From positions 29,512,001 to 29,576,000 of the forward strand of contig OZ024748.1 of NCBI GenBank assembly GCA_964016885.1: a stretch of DNA of 64,000 nucleotides, given 5' to 3'. The notes beneath the pieces were generated by a model. That model was not told where the DNA came from. It did no database searches and was given only the letters and a program-made list of their open reading frames with translations. Below are positions 36,844-50,619 of the stretch, piece by piece. A program made the translations under genes and the position numbers. The stretch's first letter is position 1. The number at the start of each line of letters is the position of its first letter. Source of the stretch: Eledone cirrhosa. Its lineage: Eukaryota.

Positions 36844-37835
36844 AGAGCATTTGCATGCTCATCCTGAAACTGGAAGTGAATTCATCTTTATCACTGTGAG
36901 TGGTAATATTCCCCAACTCCGTAATCCATTTATTGTAGCGAACAGGCCTAGGTCTAAGCTTAAGAAGTATCGGCCTTGTGAGAGAGATTAGCATTAGAAG
37001 CCTGAGTTTTGATTCGCCCAATAAGTATGGTGGTGAGTGGGGGTGGATAGGAGGGAAATGGTGACTTCCGGAAGACGGACTTGCTTAGCCAACCTTGGCG
37101 AAATTCTTAATTCTAGCTTCTAATTCTAAATGGATACAGACAGGAAATATATTTTTAAATGTCTACATTACAGTTTTCCGACTGCTACATTCCAAAATCC
37201 AGTAAACGACTAAAGCAAATGAAGAACATGAGGACACACGTCGTCATGATGTGAGCGTGACTTAATAACGGAATTTCCAGCTAAATTGTTATGGCTAACT
37301 GTTACAAATTCACTAATAGTAAAACTTGAATTTACTAACAATAAACTTAAGTTAAACTTGACTAATGTAAATGCTAAAAGGTTAAACCCCCAGCTACTGC
37401 TGGTACTCATTTTTAGCTAAGTATACTGGAACAACATGAAATGAACTGTTTTTTTCAAGAACACAACACTCAATGTATATTGGCATGGGTTGGACAAGAC
37501 CTTTTTTTTTTCTAGAGACAGATATATAAAAAGTACATGATAAAATGACAAGTCAGTCAATCATATTGATGGCCTCCCCACAGCCCCGGCGGACAGAATG
37601 GAGAAGGCGTTTCCCCGGAGGACGGTAAGGGAGTGATTATAAGTACAAAAAACTTACCACTAGGCTACATGCCTACATTTAACCTCATTGGTTAAATGAA
37701 ATTTGCTTAGAAGAAAAGACATCATAATAAAAAAAATTTGTATACCATATATTACAGTGGACTTTTTCAATGATACTACAGTAAAAAACATGATGGGAAG
37801 AAACATTAGAAGAGATGAATTAAAAAATAACTTAC

Positions 37836-37861
37836 TTCATTTTCTACCAAGTCTGTCATAT
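37836..37861 (-). CDS. SAP-domain gene, coding exon 3 (26 nt; D-MTDLVENE)
   Basis: tttttgtag/ ... /gtaagt, phase matches exon 2. Confidence 0.7.
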
Positions 37862-37962
37862 CTACAAAAACAGCAATATATCAAATTTAATAAAAAAAAA
37901 AAAAACATCTTTTTTTATACTAATCAGAAAGTCAGAATAAGGCACTACCAAAATTACTGTAC

Positions 37963-38020
37963 CTGATTTTTCTTTACTTCCTGCAATATTTTCAAGAATT
38001 TTACCTTCACTTTTCAAAGC
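37963..38020 (-). CDS. SAP-domain gene, coding exon 2 (ALKSEGKILENIAGSKEKS)
   Basis: ttttccacag/ ... /gtacag; completes the SAP helix ERLEKAL..EG. Confidence 0.8.
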
Positions 38021-38744
38021 CTGTGGAAAACAGACAATAAAAAATGTGATACCAGTATTACTAGATTCAAACTGAACATATATTGTTACATAATACTTAT
38101 GTATTTTATTTTCGGTGGTAAGAAACTCTCAAGAGAGCTGGACAACAAAAGGTCTTTAGAGAATAACCCCCACTCAAGTGTCTCAGCCCTTAACTTCTTA
38201 CACTCTAAGGAGGCCAGGCATCTAGTCATGACTCCTATGTACCCTTCTGCTGACATTTAGCCATTTAGATATCGGAGACTGGTTGTGTATTTAAACCATA
38301 TGGAGATTTTGTTGACAGGATCTAGCTGGAATTCCTCTATTAGTGATGGAAAGAAGGAGAGAATGAGATTTTTTGCAGTCCCTCCAAGATGACTGGGGTC
38401 GATGTGGTAAACATTTGTAAATCAATGTCTGTAGGAAAACCTACGTGGGAAGTGAATTGTAGATCTTCCTTTGAATACTTGCAACAGAGTGAACTCAACT
38501 AAAGATACCTAAAGACGAGGATGAGGTGTTAAAAGAGACAGCATGCTAAGCCTACCACAAACTACAATAACTCGCAACATAGCAACTATAGAGGTATATC
38601 ATCACCATTATCAGTTTACATATGCTTTTCGCGCTGGCATGGTTTGGACGGCTTGTCACAGTTCAAGGACAAATGGTTCGGTGTGACTTCAATTTTTTTT
38701 TTCGTTCTTTTTATAACGAAAAAAATTACAAAGAAGCACAAGGC

Positions 38745-39000
38745 GACCCTGGATGGATGAAAGGTAAAGCCGACTTCGAGAGAATTTGAACTCGGAATAT
38801 AACTAAATACAGGCATTCCTATCTTTTCTAATAATTTTTTCTACATTTAGCACAAGGCTAGTAATTTGAAGGAAAAGTCGATTAAATTGACCCAGTATGT
38901 TACTAGTACTTTATTTTATCGACCTCGTAAGGATAATATACAAAGCTAACCTCGGCGGAATTTGAAATCAGAACGTAACTAAATACCGCCATACCTATCT
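38745..39000 (-). mobile_element. Degenerate copies of tRNA-derived SINE family 2
   Basis: GGATGAAAGG..GGAATTTGAACTC motifs shared with 47097-47245. Confidence 0.65.
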
Positions 39001-39578
39001 TTTCTAATAATAGTGACTCGGGAAACACGCTGAAGACACTGAAAGAATGATATGAATAATAAAGCAACATAAACAGGTAAACTAAACAAATGTTAATAGC
39101 CAGAATACAGTAAAAGGTTCTTAAAAATAACTGAATGTACAAAACTCGGGTGTTTTTTGTTATGGTGATAGCAGCAGAAATTACACACGGTAAATTTAAT
39201 AATAATGAGGCGGGATGCGTTCATTTGTGAAAAAATATTCATTTTCACAAGATGTGTGTCGGCCAGTTAAGGTGGAGGGATAAAGATGTCTTTTTCTTTC
39301 TACCTCAAACAAATCATGTGTGCAGAGATGGAAACATCGCCAAATTATTTATTTGAAATAATTTAAGTATATTTACTACGTTTCTAATCAATAAAATTGT
39401 TCAGTAAGTAATTAAATAAATAAAAACTTTTTAAAACTTATAAGGTTAAAAAAATGTTTGAAAATTATTTTGATTCAATGTTTTATGAAATAATGTTAAC
39501 TTAAGAAGTATTTTCCTTTAAAATATTTTACTACGTTTTAATAGGAAATCACGTTTTATAACTCTATCTCACTCCTAC

Positions 39579-39716
39579 CTTTTCCAGACGTTCCAACAAC
39601 ACAGCTTTCACTCCAGTTTTCTCCAGTCCCCGTTTTTCCAGTTCATTACGGAGATCCACAACCCTTAAGTCTATTAAGTTGTCGCTGGAGATTTCTCCAT
39701 TAGCATTGGCCATCAT
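39579..39716 (-). CDS. SAP-domain protein, SAFB/SLTM-like, first coding exon
   Basis: MMANANGEISSDNLIDLRVVDLRNELEKRGLEKTGVKAVLLERLEK/gtagga; N-terminal SAP motif resembling SAFB/SLTM. Too short for the ORF track. Confidence 0.87.
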
Positions 39717-39959
39717 ATGAAATATTCGTGAATGTTAAGAGAGACAGAATTCACAAAAAACGTTGTCTCTGATTTATCGGTGAAACACCAAGTAACAATT
39801 ACACTGAAATATCATCCGTTTGCCACTAACGAAATTGTCTCCCTTGGACTATATTTTGAATAAAGCGTTTTATTTACATGCACCCCCCTCCCCTCCCTAA
39901 AAAAAAAGGAAAATTAATTTTGTTAATATCATATTTTAGTGTTACCCGTTGTATGACAG

Positions 39960-40540
39960 GTAATTTTGTGAGTGTATAATTGCAGCTATGAGTAAGTAAA
40001 TAAAATATATAAATATAAGGATGATACAATGAAAGATATATTCTTTTAATGTTACAATATTAAAGAAAATGTAAAAGAAAGGGTGAACAACAGAGCCAAC
40101 ACCAGAGCAAAAGACAGCAACATCTCGAGTACTGGGCAACCTCTCTAATGACTTTTGAGGCAAGCCAGCACACTCGCAGCGTTGCCTCAGGTGATGGCGA
40201 GGCTGATGCGCTGAAACAGCCAAGCACCCTCCGAGATTCGCCAGTCACCTCTATTAGGCGAGCCGCCAGTGAGGAAAGGAACCTCGCAGTCAGCGGCCCG
40301 ACTCTCCCAAACGTCTCGAAAGCCACAGGCTGAAAAATATGGCTGGCCGACAGATCAGAGTATTTGAGGGTCTTACTCCGCTCGGCTGCAGAAGCTGTGG
40401 CTCTCGTCCTAACCGCAGGATCCAGGATGTGAGAAAGAGCAAAAGAGTCACTAACAGTGACGTCCCAGACAAGGCACCTGCCTCTCGACCAGGGGCACAG
40501 GGTAAGACCGTCAGGTCTTTTGCCGTCACTTCTGGACAAC
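39960..40540 (-). mobile_element. CRE-clade non-LTR retrotransposon 3' fragment (restriction-like endonuclease)
   Basis: RSDGKRPDGLTL.PW.RGRCLVWDVT..AERSK..KY..FQPVAFETFG. Confidence 0.85.
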
Positions 40541-41077
40541 CAAAATATATAAATATATAAAATGTACAAGACGGCCGAAGTCGTAGCTCTGGCAATGGCC
40601 TTTTGACTTCTTTCTGCTGCATTATCGACAACGTAAACTCTAATGACAAAAAATGAAAACTCATTCTTGTTGAATTGCGTTTCCACAATTGGAATGAAGG
40701 CTGATGCTGATCAAATCGAAAGGCCTCGGCGTCACGATGAACAAAGACGGAAGGGTATAATCAAACGAAAACCTATATCCTTAGCAACATACAATATGTG
40801 AGATAGGGTGGCTGTTGCAGTATGTGTCCCTGGCCATTCTCTGTTATAATGACTTTGCCATTTTGTTCACGGGGGTCGGCTGAAGCACCGCTCAAACTGC
40901 GGTGTAGTGTCTGTCCCTCCCCCTCTCCCTTTCTTTCGTTGCTTGATTCTTTTGCTCCCTCCCATATCCTGGCAGCCAATGTAAATGTGAAGGTCACTGC
41001 TTCTGTAGCCAAAATACCAGAAATTATCAAATAATTACTTTTTCCAGTCTGCATCAATCGGTCACACACCACAAGGG

Positions 41078-41405
41078 TCATCGGAAATTTTTGAGGCAAG
41101 CCAATACATTCGCAACATTACCATGGGTTATAGCAAGACCAAGGCGCTGAAACAACCAGGTACCCTCACGAACATCACCTGACACCTCGGCAAGGCGAGC
41201 CGCTAACGATGACAAGAATTTCACTGTCAGCGGCCTAGCTCCACCAAATGTCTCGAACACCACAGCCTGGAAAAAATATTTTTTTGATAATACCCGGTGT
41301 TTTAGGATTTTATTTCGTTTGGCTACGGAGGCAGTGAGCCCCACATTTACCACGGCATCCATGATGTGGGAGGGAGCAAAAGAATCACTGACTGTCGTGT
41401 CCCAG
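41078..41405 (-). mobile_element. CRE-clade RLE fragment
   Basis: WDTTVSDSFAPSH..FETFG..WLFQRLGLAITHGN. Confidence 0.8.
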
Positions 41406-42539
41406 ACCTCTACAGACATCGGCTCCCAATCTGTGTGCAATGGTGATGCAGAGCTCGTCCAGACTGAAAAGACCACTAATGTTGGCCACAGGCAGGGCAT
41501 CAACTCAGTCCCGCGAGAATTTTGCTCTTGCAGAGAGTATATATATATATCATCCAACTGCAATTTCACATATCTTTTGCCATGCCAACAATCTTTCGTC
41601 TCTGAGGGCCTTTACCTGAATTTTGTAAGCTATTTTATAACAACTCAGTGTAATTGCAGTTATGCTTGAGCACCCTACATCTTTTTACAATATAAATATT
41701 TTCTTCTTTTTTTTTTTGTCAATATTCCAACAATGGTGTGAATCCATTTATGGTGAATGCCGTGACCTAGTTTTTTTTCCTTCTTTTTTTGTTATTTTTA
41801 TTGTGAGGGAAGTATTAATTGGTCACCAGAAGACCTCTGCTGGCAATAGTTATTTCTAACCTTTACAATTAGAGTGGGGCGATTATATTGACCCAATACT
41901 TAACTGGAAGGATGAAAAGCAAAGTTAACCTGGGAGGTATTTGAACTAAATGCATCCTGCGATGCTCTTCCCGAACTATGTAATTAATACCATCGATAAT
42001 GACGGCAATGGTGTTGATTGTATTTTTATTTTTTTAACCCAGTCTGAGATTGGTTAGCCATAGATACCAAGATTACCGAATGTATGAATAATCATACAAA
42101 CTGGGAAATTTGCGTTTTGATAAATTAATATTTTGCATAAGAGAAACATTATGGTTTATTGTAGTATAGTTAAAATTGTAAAATATCTAATAAATGACTG
42201 ATAAGTTTCAGAAAGCCAGTACAATGTGGTAGAAATATATAAAGGGCAAAGGGTGACAAATAAAACAAAACAAAATGATGTTTTTACTCAATAGTATATC
42301 TCCAGGTCTATTATCCTCTTTTCAAATGCAAACTATAGTTTATGTTGATTACTGACATATGAAAGTGATTAAAGATAATGATAGTTATATTTTATTTAAT
42401 GTCTTAATAAGATATATAATAGAACATGTATGCTACAAGTAATCACTTTGTATAATATATGACTTTGCACAGTATTAAAAAACGAAAAGTGGGTGTTAGT
42501 TGGTGCTTCCCTCAAACGTTTTGAATTCCTGGTTCTTCT

Positions 42540-43565
42540 TCTTCTCCCATTTATTCCTGAGTGGGTCGTGAGAGCAGAGTCCTCAAACACTCTGTCCAGC
42601 GGGTCCTGTCAGAAGCAACTATCTCCTGCCGGTTGGTTTTGTTGGTAAAATCTGTCCAGCAATTCTTTCCTAAAACATTCTAACCACATGTATTGGAACT
42701 GTGATCTCTCCTTTCGTAGAAGTAGTGGTTCTACCTGGAGTGACTCTCTCATCTCCAAACTACGCACTACGAGTAATGTTACTCTAAAGACCCTTCGGAG
42801 GAATCCTATTCCGGCCGCTTGTTTTTGCGATCATATTCTTTTGGTCATTATCCAAGATTCATGACCATATGTAAGCGTTGGCACGAATACCGAATTGAAG
42901 ATAGCAAGTTTGGCTTTTACACCTACCTCGTTCTGATTACCGAATGCTGATGCGTGTGCATGACTGCACCAGCTCCTGCATTTCTTATACTTAATTCAGC
43001 CCCTGCCTTCCATCACTTGTGAACGCAGCCCTGAGATACTTGAACTTCTCCACCTGCTTCAGTGGAACTCCATTCACATGTAGAGTGCACTTGCAGGTTT
43101 CTTTGAGAGGATGAATATATCAGTTTTCGCAGCACTGATTTTCATTCCAGCCTTGCAGCACTCGACATCAAGTGCAAGTCAGAGATCACCTTCTGTTGAG
43201 TTACATAACAGCATGTCGCCTACAAATTCCAGCTGTCCGAATTTACATCTGCCAGTCATGATACCACTTCCAACCCAGTTGCGCACGTCAATCTTGTTCA
43301 TGAAAATAGTGAACAGAAGAGGAGACAGTACGCACCCTGGGCAGAGTCCGACTCCCACATTGAATAGTTTCAATTTAGCACCATTTATCCGAACACAAAA
43401 ACTCGGGCATTCATATAGATATCAGGGCAGCAAGAAGCTGTCTATCGATCCCATACTCATGCAGATCCTTCCACAGCAGGTCCCGAGGAATGCGGTCATA
43501 TGCCTTTCGAGATCTACAAAACAAGAATATACCTCTTGGCAATACTCCCACGATTTCTTGAAGAC
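42540..43565 (-). mobile_element. Degraded RTE-like LINE RT fragment (second family)
   Basis: GVGL..GCVLSPLLF, EKFKYL; related copy at 55570-56205. Confidence 0.75.
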
Positions 43566-43665
43566 CTTGTATTTTAGAATTTTATTTCACCGGGTACTTC
43601 TGCTAGTTGTTTATAATTTGATGTGTGAAACGATACTGGATATGTGTGTAGGGGTATGTATGTAT

Positions 43666-44463
43666 AAGGCAGGCTGTATGATGCCTGCATACGAACAGCG
43701 ATGTTACATGGCAGTGAGATATGGGCATTGTGTGCAGAGGATCTACGCAGACTGGAGAGGAACGAAGCTTGCATGCTCCGATGGATGTGTAATAGTAATA
43801 TACGCGAAGGGCAAAGCATAAATGAACTAAGTGAGAAATTAGGAATAAGAGTGATCAGATGCTGTTTACTCGAGAGAAGACTACGTTGGTATGGTCACGT
43901 GATGTGAATAAAAGATGACAGCTGTATAAAAAAGTGCAGGGCGATCAAAATAGACGGTAGCTACGGAGTAGGCAGACCTAGAAAAACCTGGGATGATTTG
44001 ATAAAATCCGACCTCACACACTTACACCTCTCCAAAACAATGTCACTGGACCGAGATCTTTGGCGCTACGTAGCAATGCAGAAGCCCCGCCTTGCCTTCA
44101 GTAGGCACCTCTTAACCAAATACACCCCCGCCCCACTACCCCTACCCCCACCGCCATCTACACCACCCCTTTCGATGTAAAGCTATGTTGGTACCACAAC
44201 ACCCAGTCCTAAATAAATGAGGTCGTGTAGGTGTCACGACAAAAAAACCCCACAGTCCACGCTGTAATGTGGCCGTGTAGGTAACACGGTAAAAACCTCC
44301 CAGTCCACACTGTAAACGTGGTTGCTGTTAGGAAGGGCATCCAGCCGTAGAAAACCCAACAGACAGTCCTGAGCAAGACAGCCAATCTTGCCTCAAGTGG
44401 GACAATTCCCGCCCAGACCCATGCTAGCGTGGAAAATGGACGTTAAACGATGATGATGATGAT
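43666..44463 (+). mobile_element. Older RTE-like LINE 3' fragment with (GAT)n tail
   Basis: Diverged match to 21965-22889 with stop codons. Confidence 0.9.
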
Positions 44464-45204
44464 ATACATATAGGTTTGTATATCTTTAGGTATAGGGGCA
44501 TGTATATATATGTGGGGGTGAATGTATGTGTACATCACTACACGGATATAACGGTATATATGTATCTGTATACCTATAGACACCTGTGAGTATATAGGTT
44601 TTTGTGTTTTAAAATACATACATGTTTCATTCGAATATACATAAGTGCATGTGTGTGTGTACATGCATGTGTGTCAATGAGCCTATATAAGTATATGTAT
44701 CTATGTTTGTATATAAATGTGTCCCTATTTATATTTATATGGGGATAAATGCTATTCATTTAAATTGTTTTAATTTAGCCATCACCCTCGCCCCTAAAAA
44801 AAGAGAGATAAATTTCATGAATTATTTCCCTTTACTAGAAGCAAGATAAGTTTTTCTTTTTTTTTTTTTTTTAAATAAAGTTACGACAACCACATAGGAA
44901 AACCGTTATATTTTTAATATTTACACTGTACAAATGGATCATATCGTAGCTTTATCCCTCCTGTCTAAGGTACAAGTTATATTTCACACTCATTCTCACC
45001 CTTTTAAAAACATTTTATTGTTCCTCTGAAGAGGGCGAACATACATTTCTGCCTGTCTATCAATGCCTATATTAAGATATTAATTATGCGAATTGCTTCA
45101 TAAAATTTAAAATAATTGGATATACAACTTCCTTGAGACATGTGTAAGGAAAGAAACATGATTTAAAAGATAACAAGTAGGTTGTGTTCTCCGCCTCCAA
45201 CTTC

Positions 45205-45550
45205 GTCGATTCGACCACACTCCGGTACTGCAATCCGCTGTGCAGAGGAAAGGAAGACAAACAAATACCGAGGATTGTCCGGACACTACCTCTTCGAACC
45301 GGTCGCTGTCAAGACCTCGGCATACTTGGACCCCATACTGCCGAGTTCCTCCCTCAAGATCAGAACGTCAGCAGCCCTTCTGAGGAAGGAGCCTCGCGAG
45401 GTTAGGTGGCTTTGCAGCGGGTGTCGCTGGTCATTGTCTGCGGAAGTTCTTTAGCGGTTTTGTCCGCAGCACACTAGGCAATCACCCCCTCCGATACCTC
45501 TGTGACCCTAGAGCCTTTTTCTTTATTTTCAGTTTTTAATATCTGTAATG
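45205..45550 (+). mobile_element. CRE-clade RLE fragment interrupted by Merlin
   Basis: AEERKTNKYRGLSGHYLFEPVAV. Confidence 0.7.
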
Positions 45551-46236
45551 GGTAATTTACTATTTTACGTTCTCAAACTCAAATAAACATTATCGCTAGT
45601 TATGTCTGGAGGTCGAAAGTGAAACTGTTAAGCGGTGAATTAAGTTTAAAAGTTTCACTTTTGAAAATTACTTTCACTTTTGACCTGGAGGTCCACCTGC
45701 TACTGCGCCAAAATATATTGTTCCACCAGATGAAGTAATGAATAGCACTCAGATTTTGGCTGAGAAATATAATATAACCAAACTTGGAAGAGATGTAACT
45801 GTACTTGTAGCTGAAGACAGTGGTGTGCACGTAGACGGCTTTTACGCAATACTTTGATTTGTGACTCCTGTAATGTTGAATGCTTCCTAATTAATAGGTG
45901 ATATATCTCATGGCAAAACATGGTTTGCAGTAGATTGGTGTAATTTTTGTCGCGAGCCATGTGAGATGTGGCTTGAGCAAAACCCCCAACAAATAGGTGG
46001 GATTAATGAGGATGGAGAACCAATGACGGTGGAAGTGGATGAAACAATTTTTTCATCGAAAATATCACTTTTAATTCTGTCTCTTTTTGTATCTAATAAT
46101 TTTTCTCTCTTTTTCAATAAATAACCTGACAGTAATTTTACTTGTGGTTCACCGCTTAACAGTTTCACTTTCGACCTCCAGACATAACTAGCGATAATGT
46201 TTATTTGAGTTTGTTAACGTAAAATAGTAAATTACC
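45551..46236 (+). mobile_element. Merlin (IS1595-related) DNA transposon, internally deleted
   Basis: 89-bp TIRs beginning GGTAA (45551-45639 / 46148-46236), 8-bp TSD CTGTAATG on both sides, transposase remnant VDWCNFCRE..IGG..VEVDET. Confidence 0.93.
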
Positions 46237-46767
46237 CTGTAATGTGTTGTTATTTGAAATAGATTTAAGAATTTTTTGATTTTAAATTAATAAAACATTC
46301 CAGTTGTGTAGATATTACACAAATCTAAAGATAAAAACAATAATGGCTGTATCAAATACGCGCGCACACACACACATGAATACAGAAAGATAGACCTTAA
46401 GGACTACAGAATATAGACGTAAACACATTATATATATATATATATTTCGTTTTTTAATCTGTTTTGCAAGTTTTTTATTTATTGGCAACATGACCCTCCC
46501 AATATATGTATTTATAAATAAATGAATAAATATGTATGTTTATTAAGAGGAAACATGGAGTCGTCTGAAACTGTGGAATTTCATCTACGGCCTGGAAGAT
46601 CACCAGCGAATAGCGACCTGTCTGTTCTATATCTATCCAGGCATAACTTAATTGTTAGAAAGTTCAGTTTTTCTTTGTTCGCCACTCGTCTTCCATGTTT
46701 TTACGAGTGGCAATTTCTTTGAGGTGATAAATCGGTGAAGACTTATTTTTCCATTTTATTTTTAGAA

Positions 46768-46812
46768 ATGAGAAAAATAGAACCTGCGCTTCTGAAGACT
46801 TGTCAGCTGAAG
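46768..46812 (+). CDS. Possible first coding exon of the plus-strand host gene (MRKIEPALLKTCQLK)
   Basis: ttttag acceptor, ATG and AAG/gtaatt donor; frame assignment uncertain. Confidence 0.4.
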
Positions 46813-47096
46813 GTAATTTTCTGTTTGATTTATTTCTCTTTACTTGGTTCTGTTATTATGTAAGATGTTTTTGCCGATTGTCGCACTTGGTCGTTTTTTT
46901 TCTTTCTCTCACTTTGATAATATATATTGGTGTGTCATATTTGTGAGGTTCATAGCAATAATTTTTTCAAGTTCCATTTTATTATATTCACAGTTATAAA
47001 TTTCTCGCAATTCGTTCAGAAGAATATTACAAATATAAGCGTATAAATGAGAGAAAAAAATGAAAAAAGTGGGGAGCAAAAACAAAAACGACCGTC

Positions 47097-47245
47097 TAGG
47101 CGGCAAATTGGCAGAGTCGTTAGAACGTCGGTTATATTGCTTTGTGGTATTCGTTCCGGCTCTCTGAGTTCAAATCCTGCCGTGGTCAACTTAGGCTTTC
47201 ATCCTTTGGAAGTCGATAAAAAAAGTACTAGTCAAGTACTGGGGG
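47097..47245 (+). mobile_element. tRNA-derived SINE family 2
   Basis: A box TGGCAGAGTCGTT, B box AGTTCAAATCC; minus-strand copies at 47550-47725 and 47752-47935. Confidence 0.8.
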
Positions 47246-48097
47246 GAAATTCTTCCCCTTTCTCACTTTTTATCCTTCTCTGGAAGAAATCTGCCTGGGC
47301 TCCGCCAGGCTTAAAATGCCCAAGAAACGCTGTACTAGTATGTTAATATGGCGCCCCTACGACTCCCCCAGGAGTTAAAGGACCATACCATGTATTTATA
47401 TTTATGTTTATATTTTCATTCTGAAAGAATTGTGAACAATTTGTAATGATAGTTATACAACTGAATAAAACTTATGCGAATGGTTTCTATTAACATTTGT
47501 TCGTTTTGATGGATTTATGGCATCATAACACATTAATAATAATATAGTTGTTTCTACTTGGGCACAAGGCTAGCAATAATCCAGTACATTACTGGTACTT
47601 TATTTTATCGACCTCGTATGGATGAAAGGCAAAGTTAACCTCGACGGGATTTGAACTCAGACGGTAAAGGGACGTAACTATGCTGGAAAGCATGGCGTCC
47701 GACCCCCTACCGATACTGCCAATTGATGAATTGGCAGTATCGGTAGGGGAATTGTTTCTACTTTTGGCACAAGGCCAGCTATTACCTCAGTGTATTACTG
47801 GTACTTTATTTTATCGACCCCGTAAGGATGAAAGGCAATCTTAACCCCGGCGGGATTTGAACTCAAAATGGCAAGGGGCGTAACTCAATGCGTCAAAGCA
47901 TGGCGTCCGACCCTCTACCGATACTGCCAATCCAATAGTACTTATATGATATGGCGCCATAAATACTAAAACGAAAGAATGTTTATGGGCGCCTTAATCA
48001 TACATTTATTTATACATATATACTTAAAAATTTGAAAGATAAGTGTTTAAGTTTGATATGAAACCTGTCATATTGTACAGTTCGTACAGAGGATGGT

Positions 48098-48330
48098 AAT
48101 TCCAGAGAACTGGAGGAACTGACTTACATAAAGTCTGATCATGACAACTCTTCATTCTAGTACTTGGTATCAGGAGTCCATTCCAGAGAGGTGGAGCGGA
48201 CTTACAGAAAGCCTGAAATACGACAGCTCTTCATTCTAGTACTTGGTATGAGAAAGTCCGATCACAACAGCCTTTCATTCTAGTACTTGGTACAACGAAG
48301 AGACCTTTCCAGAGAGCTGTAGCCGACATA
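48098..48330. repeat. Degenerate local repeat (TTCCAGAGA / TTCATTCTAGTACTTGGTA x3)
   Basis: Direct reading. Confidence 0.7.
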
Positions 48331-49510
48331 CAGAAGAGATGTATTTTAATATCATAAATTTCATTTATAGCGCTTTTTTGTTTCTGAGGCCCCATGAAAA
48401 TTAAAGGCACTGGTGAAAAAAAAAAAAAAAAAAAAATTGATGAATAAAAAAAAGTATTTATCTCTCCATAGGAATCCTTAATGAATATATGGCAACAACT
48501 AAAAACGTCACTTCTCCAGCTCTAAGAAATCATATCCCTAAGTAAGACAATTTTTTTTAAATTTTATACTTCACAATTTAGGTAGCGCTTTTAAATATCA
48601 GTAAAGGAGTTTTGTCAAATTTTTTTTTTACTTTCTACAACTTTGCTAAAAGTTGTAGAAAAGTTCTTACTGCTTGATGAGGTCATAGCTGTTGAATAAT
48701 GGCTATCACTGACATATATATAGCAGCGAATATGAATAAACGAAGCTAATTTTACCCTGTTGACTTACACTTCTTGTTTTTACATTACTCCGGAGTAAAC
48801 AGACCAACCTGTGCACTTCGTTATATATATATAATTTTGAGTATGTGTTGGTTGTTTACCGACACCTCAGTATGCAGGTTGGAGCACTTTACTATTAAAA
48901 GTAAATTTTGCAAAGGACTCATGTTTAAAAAAGATAACATAACTCCAAGATGTAAATATGAATTATGAGATCAACCATGTGTTTGTGTTCATATACTATT
49001 GTGTTATGTGGTGGATTGTAATATGGAGATGGTAATATTCATTAATGTATCGAGTATAGTAGTACAGAAAGTGTATTGTATTATGTGTGGAAAGAGAAAG
49101 AAAAGATATAACGGAAGAATATAAATCAAATGAAGGTGGTTGAAAATTAGTCAAATTTGTTGAATATTTCCACTTAGTAAACAGTTGAGTTTTGAGATGG
49201 AGGCATCCCCTAAATATTTTGCTCTTTGAATTCAAGTAAATATTATTTGGAGATGACAAACCTTGTAATATCCTAAATGTCTCAGTCAGACAGTGATGAC
49301 ATTTCTTTGTACTGTTGGTGTAAGGCTTGGATCTTTCAATTATCTTCCAAGAAGTATTACGTGGGACTCCTGCCAGATTTTTTTCCCCAGGGCTGTCCTG
49401 GTTCTGATACCAGGACTCCTGAAGGAGTGGAGATGTGTGTAAAAACGTTTAAAACGATCTTTCGTGAACTTCAGAATTTTCTGTTGTCTGTAATTTCTGC
49501 CTCATACACA

Positions 49511-50535
49511 ATCATCATCATCATCGTTTAACGTCCATCTTCCACGCTAGCATGGGTTAGACAGGTTTGTCTTATTTAGAGGCAAGTTGGGTCGGGTGAC
49601 CGTGTCTCACTCGTACAGGAGTTTTTCTGGCTGGTTTTCTATGGCTGGATGCCCTTCCCAGTGCCAACCACATTTACAGTGTGTGCTGGGTGCTTTTTAC
49701 CGTGTCTTTTACACAACCACTTTACAGTGTGGGCTGGGTGCTTTTTGTCATGACACCTACATGACCACTTTACAGAGTGGGCTGCATGTTTTGTGGTACC
49801 AATAACATACGTGCGCACACACACACAAATATATACACATAAATATCATGTTATACGTATATATATATTTGTGTGTATATACATATATCATCATGACTTC
49901 CATCTTATGTTCATTTTCTATGCTAGCATGGGTTAGACGGATTGTCCTGTTGTGAGCAATGCTAGGTCAGGTGACCATGTCTGGCTTGGTTACTACAGCT
50001 GGATGCCCTTCCTAACGCCAACCTCATTTACAGTGAGTACTGTGTGCCTTTTATCGTGACACCTACATGACCACTTAACAGTGTGGGCTGTATTTACTTT
50101 GGCCCGTCCTTATGGGAGGGTGGGGTGGAGCATACTGTATATATGCTTTGGCTTGTGCTCGTGGGAAGTCGGGTCTTCTGTATTATTGCGTATTACCAGA
50201 GATCTCAGTCATGTCATCATCTTTGAGAGGTGCAATTGGGCAAGGTCGGCTTTTATCACCTCATCCCAAGTCTTCCTGGGACTCCCCACTCCAAGGCTTC
50301 CATCGACTTTGAACACTCTGCACCTTTTTATGCAGCAGCCATCCTTCATATGCATCACATGTCCATACCAATGCAGTCTCCTCTTCTGCACACATCATTT
50401 GATTCCTCTTATGCCTAGTTTCTCTCTCAGTTCATTTATGCTTTGCTGTTCGTGTATATTACTATTACACATCCTTTGGAGCATGCAAGCTTCATTTCCT
50501 TCCAATCTACACAAGTCTTCTGCACACAGCGTCCA
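49511..50535 (-). mobile_element. RTE-like LINE 3' fragments (related family)
   Basis: RRLHWYGHV..GSPRKTWDE, GGATGCCCTTCC, (ATC)n. Confidence 0.8.
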
Positions 50536-50619
50536 GGTCTTACCACAATGGTTTTGATATTACATTTCTGTTGGAGAGTGCAGTTTTCTTTAATCCTACA
50601 AAAGCAGCTTGGATTATCG

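Noticed and set aside
36990-37110. HDV-like ribozyme at the RTE 5' end (GGCGAAT)
   Set aside because: Could not assemble the P1/P2/P3 pseudoknot by eye.
37658-37672. 15-nt microexon of the SAP gene
   Set aside because: Good donor but weak acceptor, and it resembles a SINE head remnant.
45020-45152. TTCCT CTGAAGA ... GAGACATGTGTA AGGAA hammerhead-like motif
   Set aside because: GAAA is mutated to GAGA, stem II is unconvincing, and there is only a single copy.
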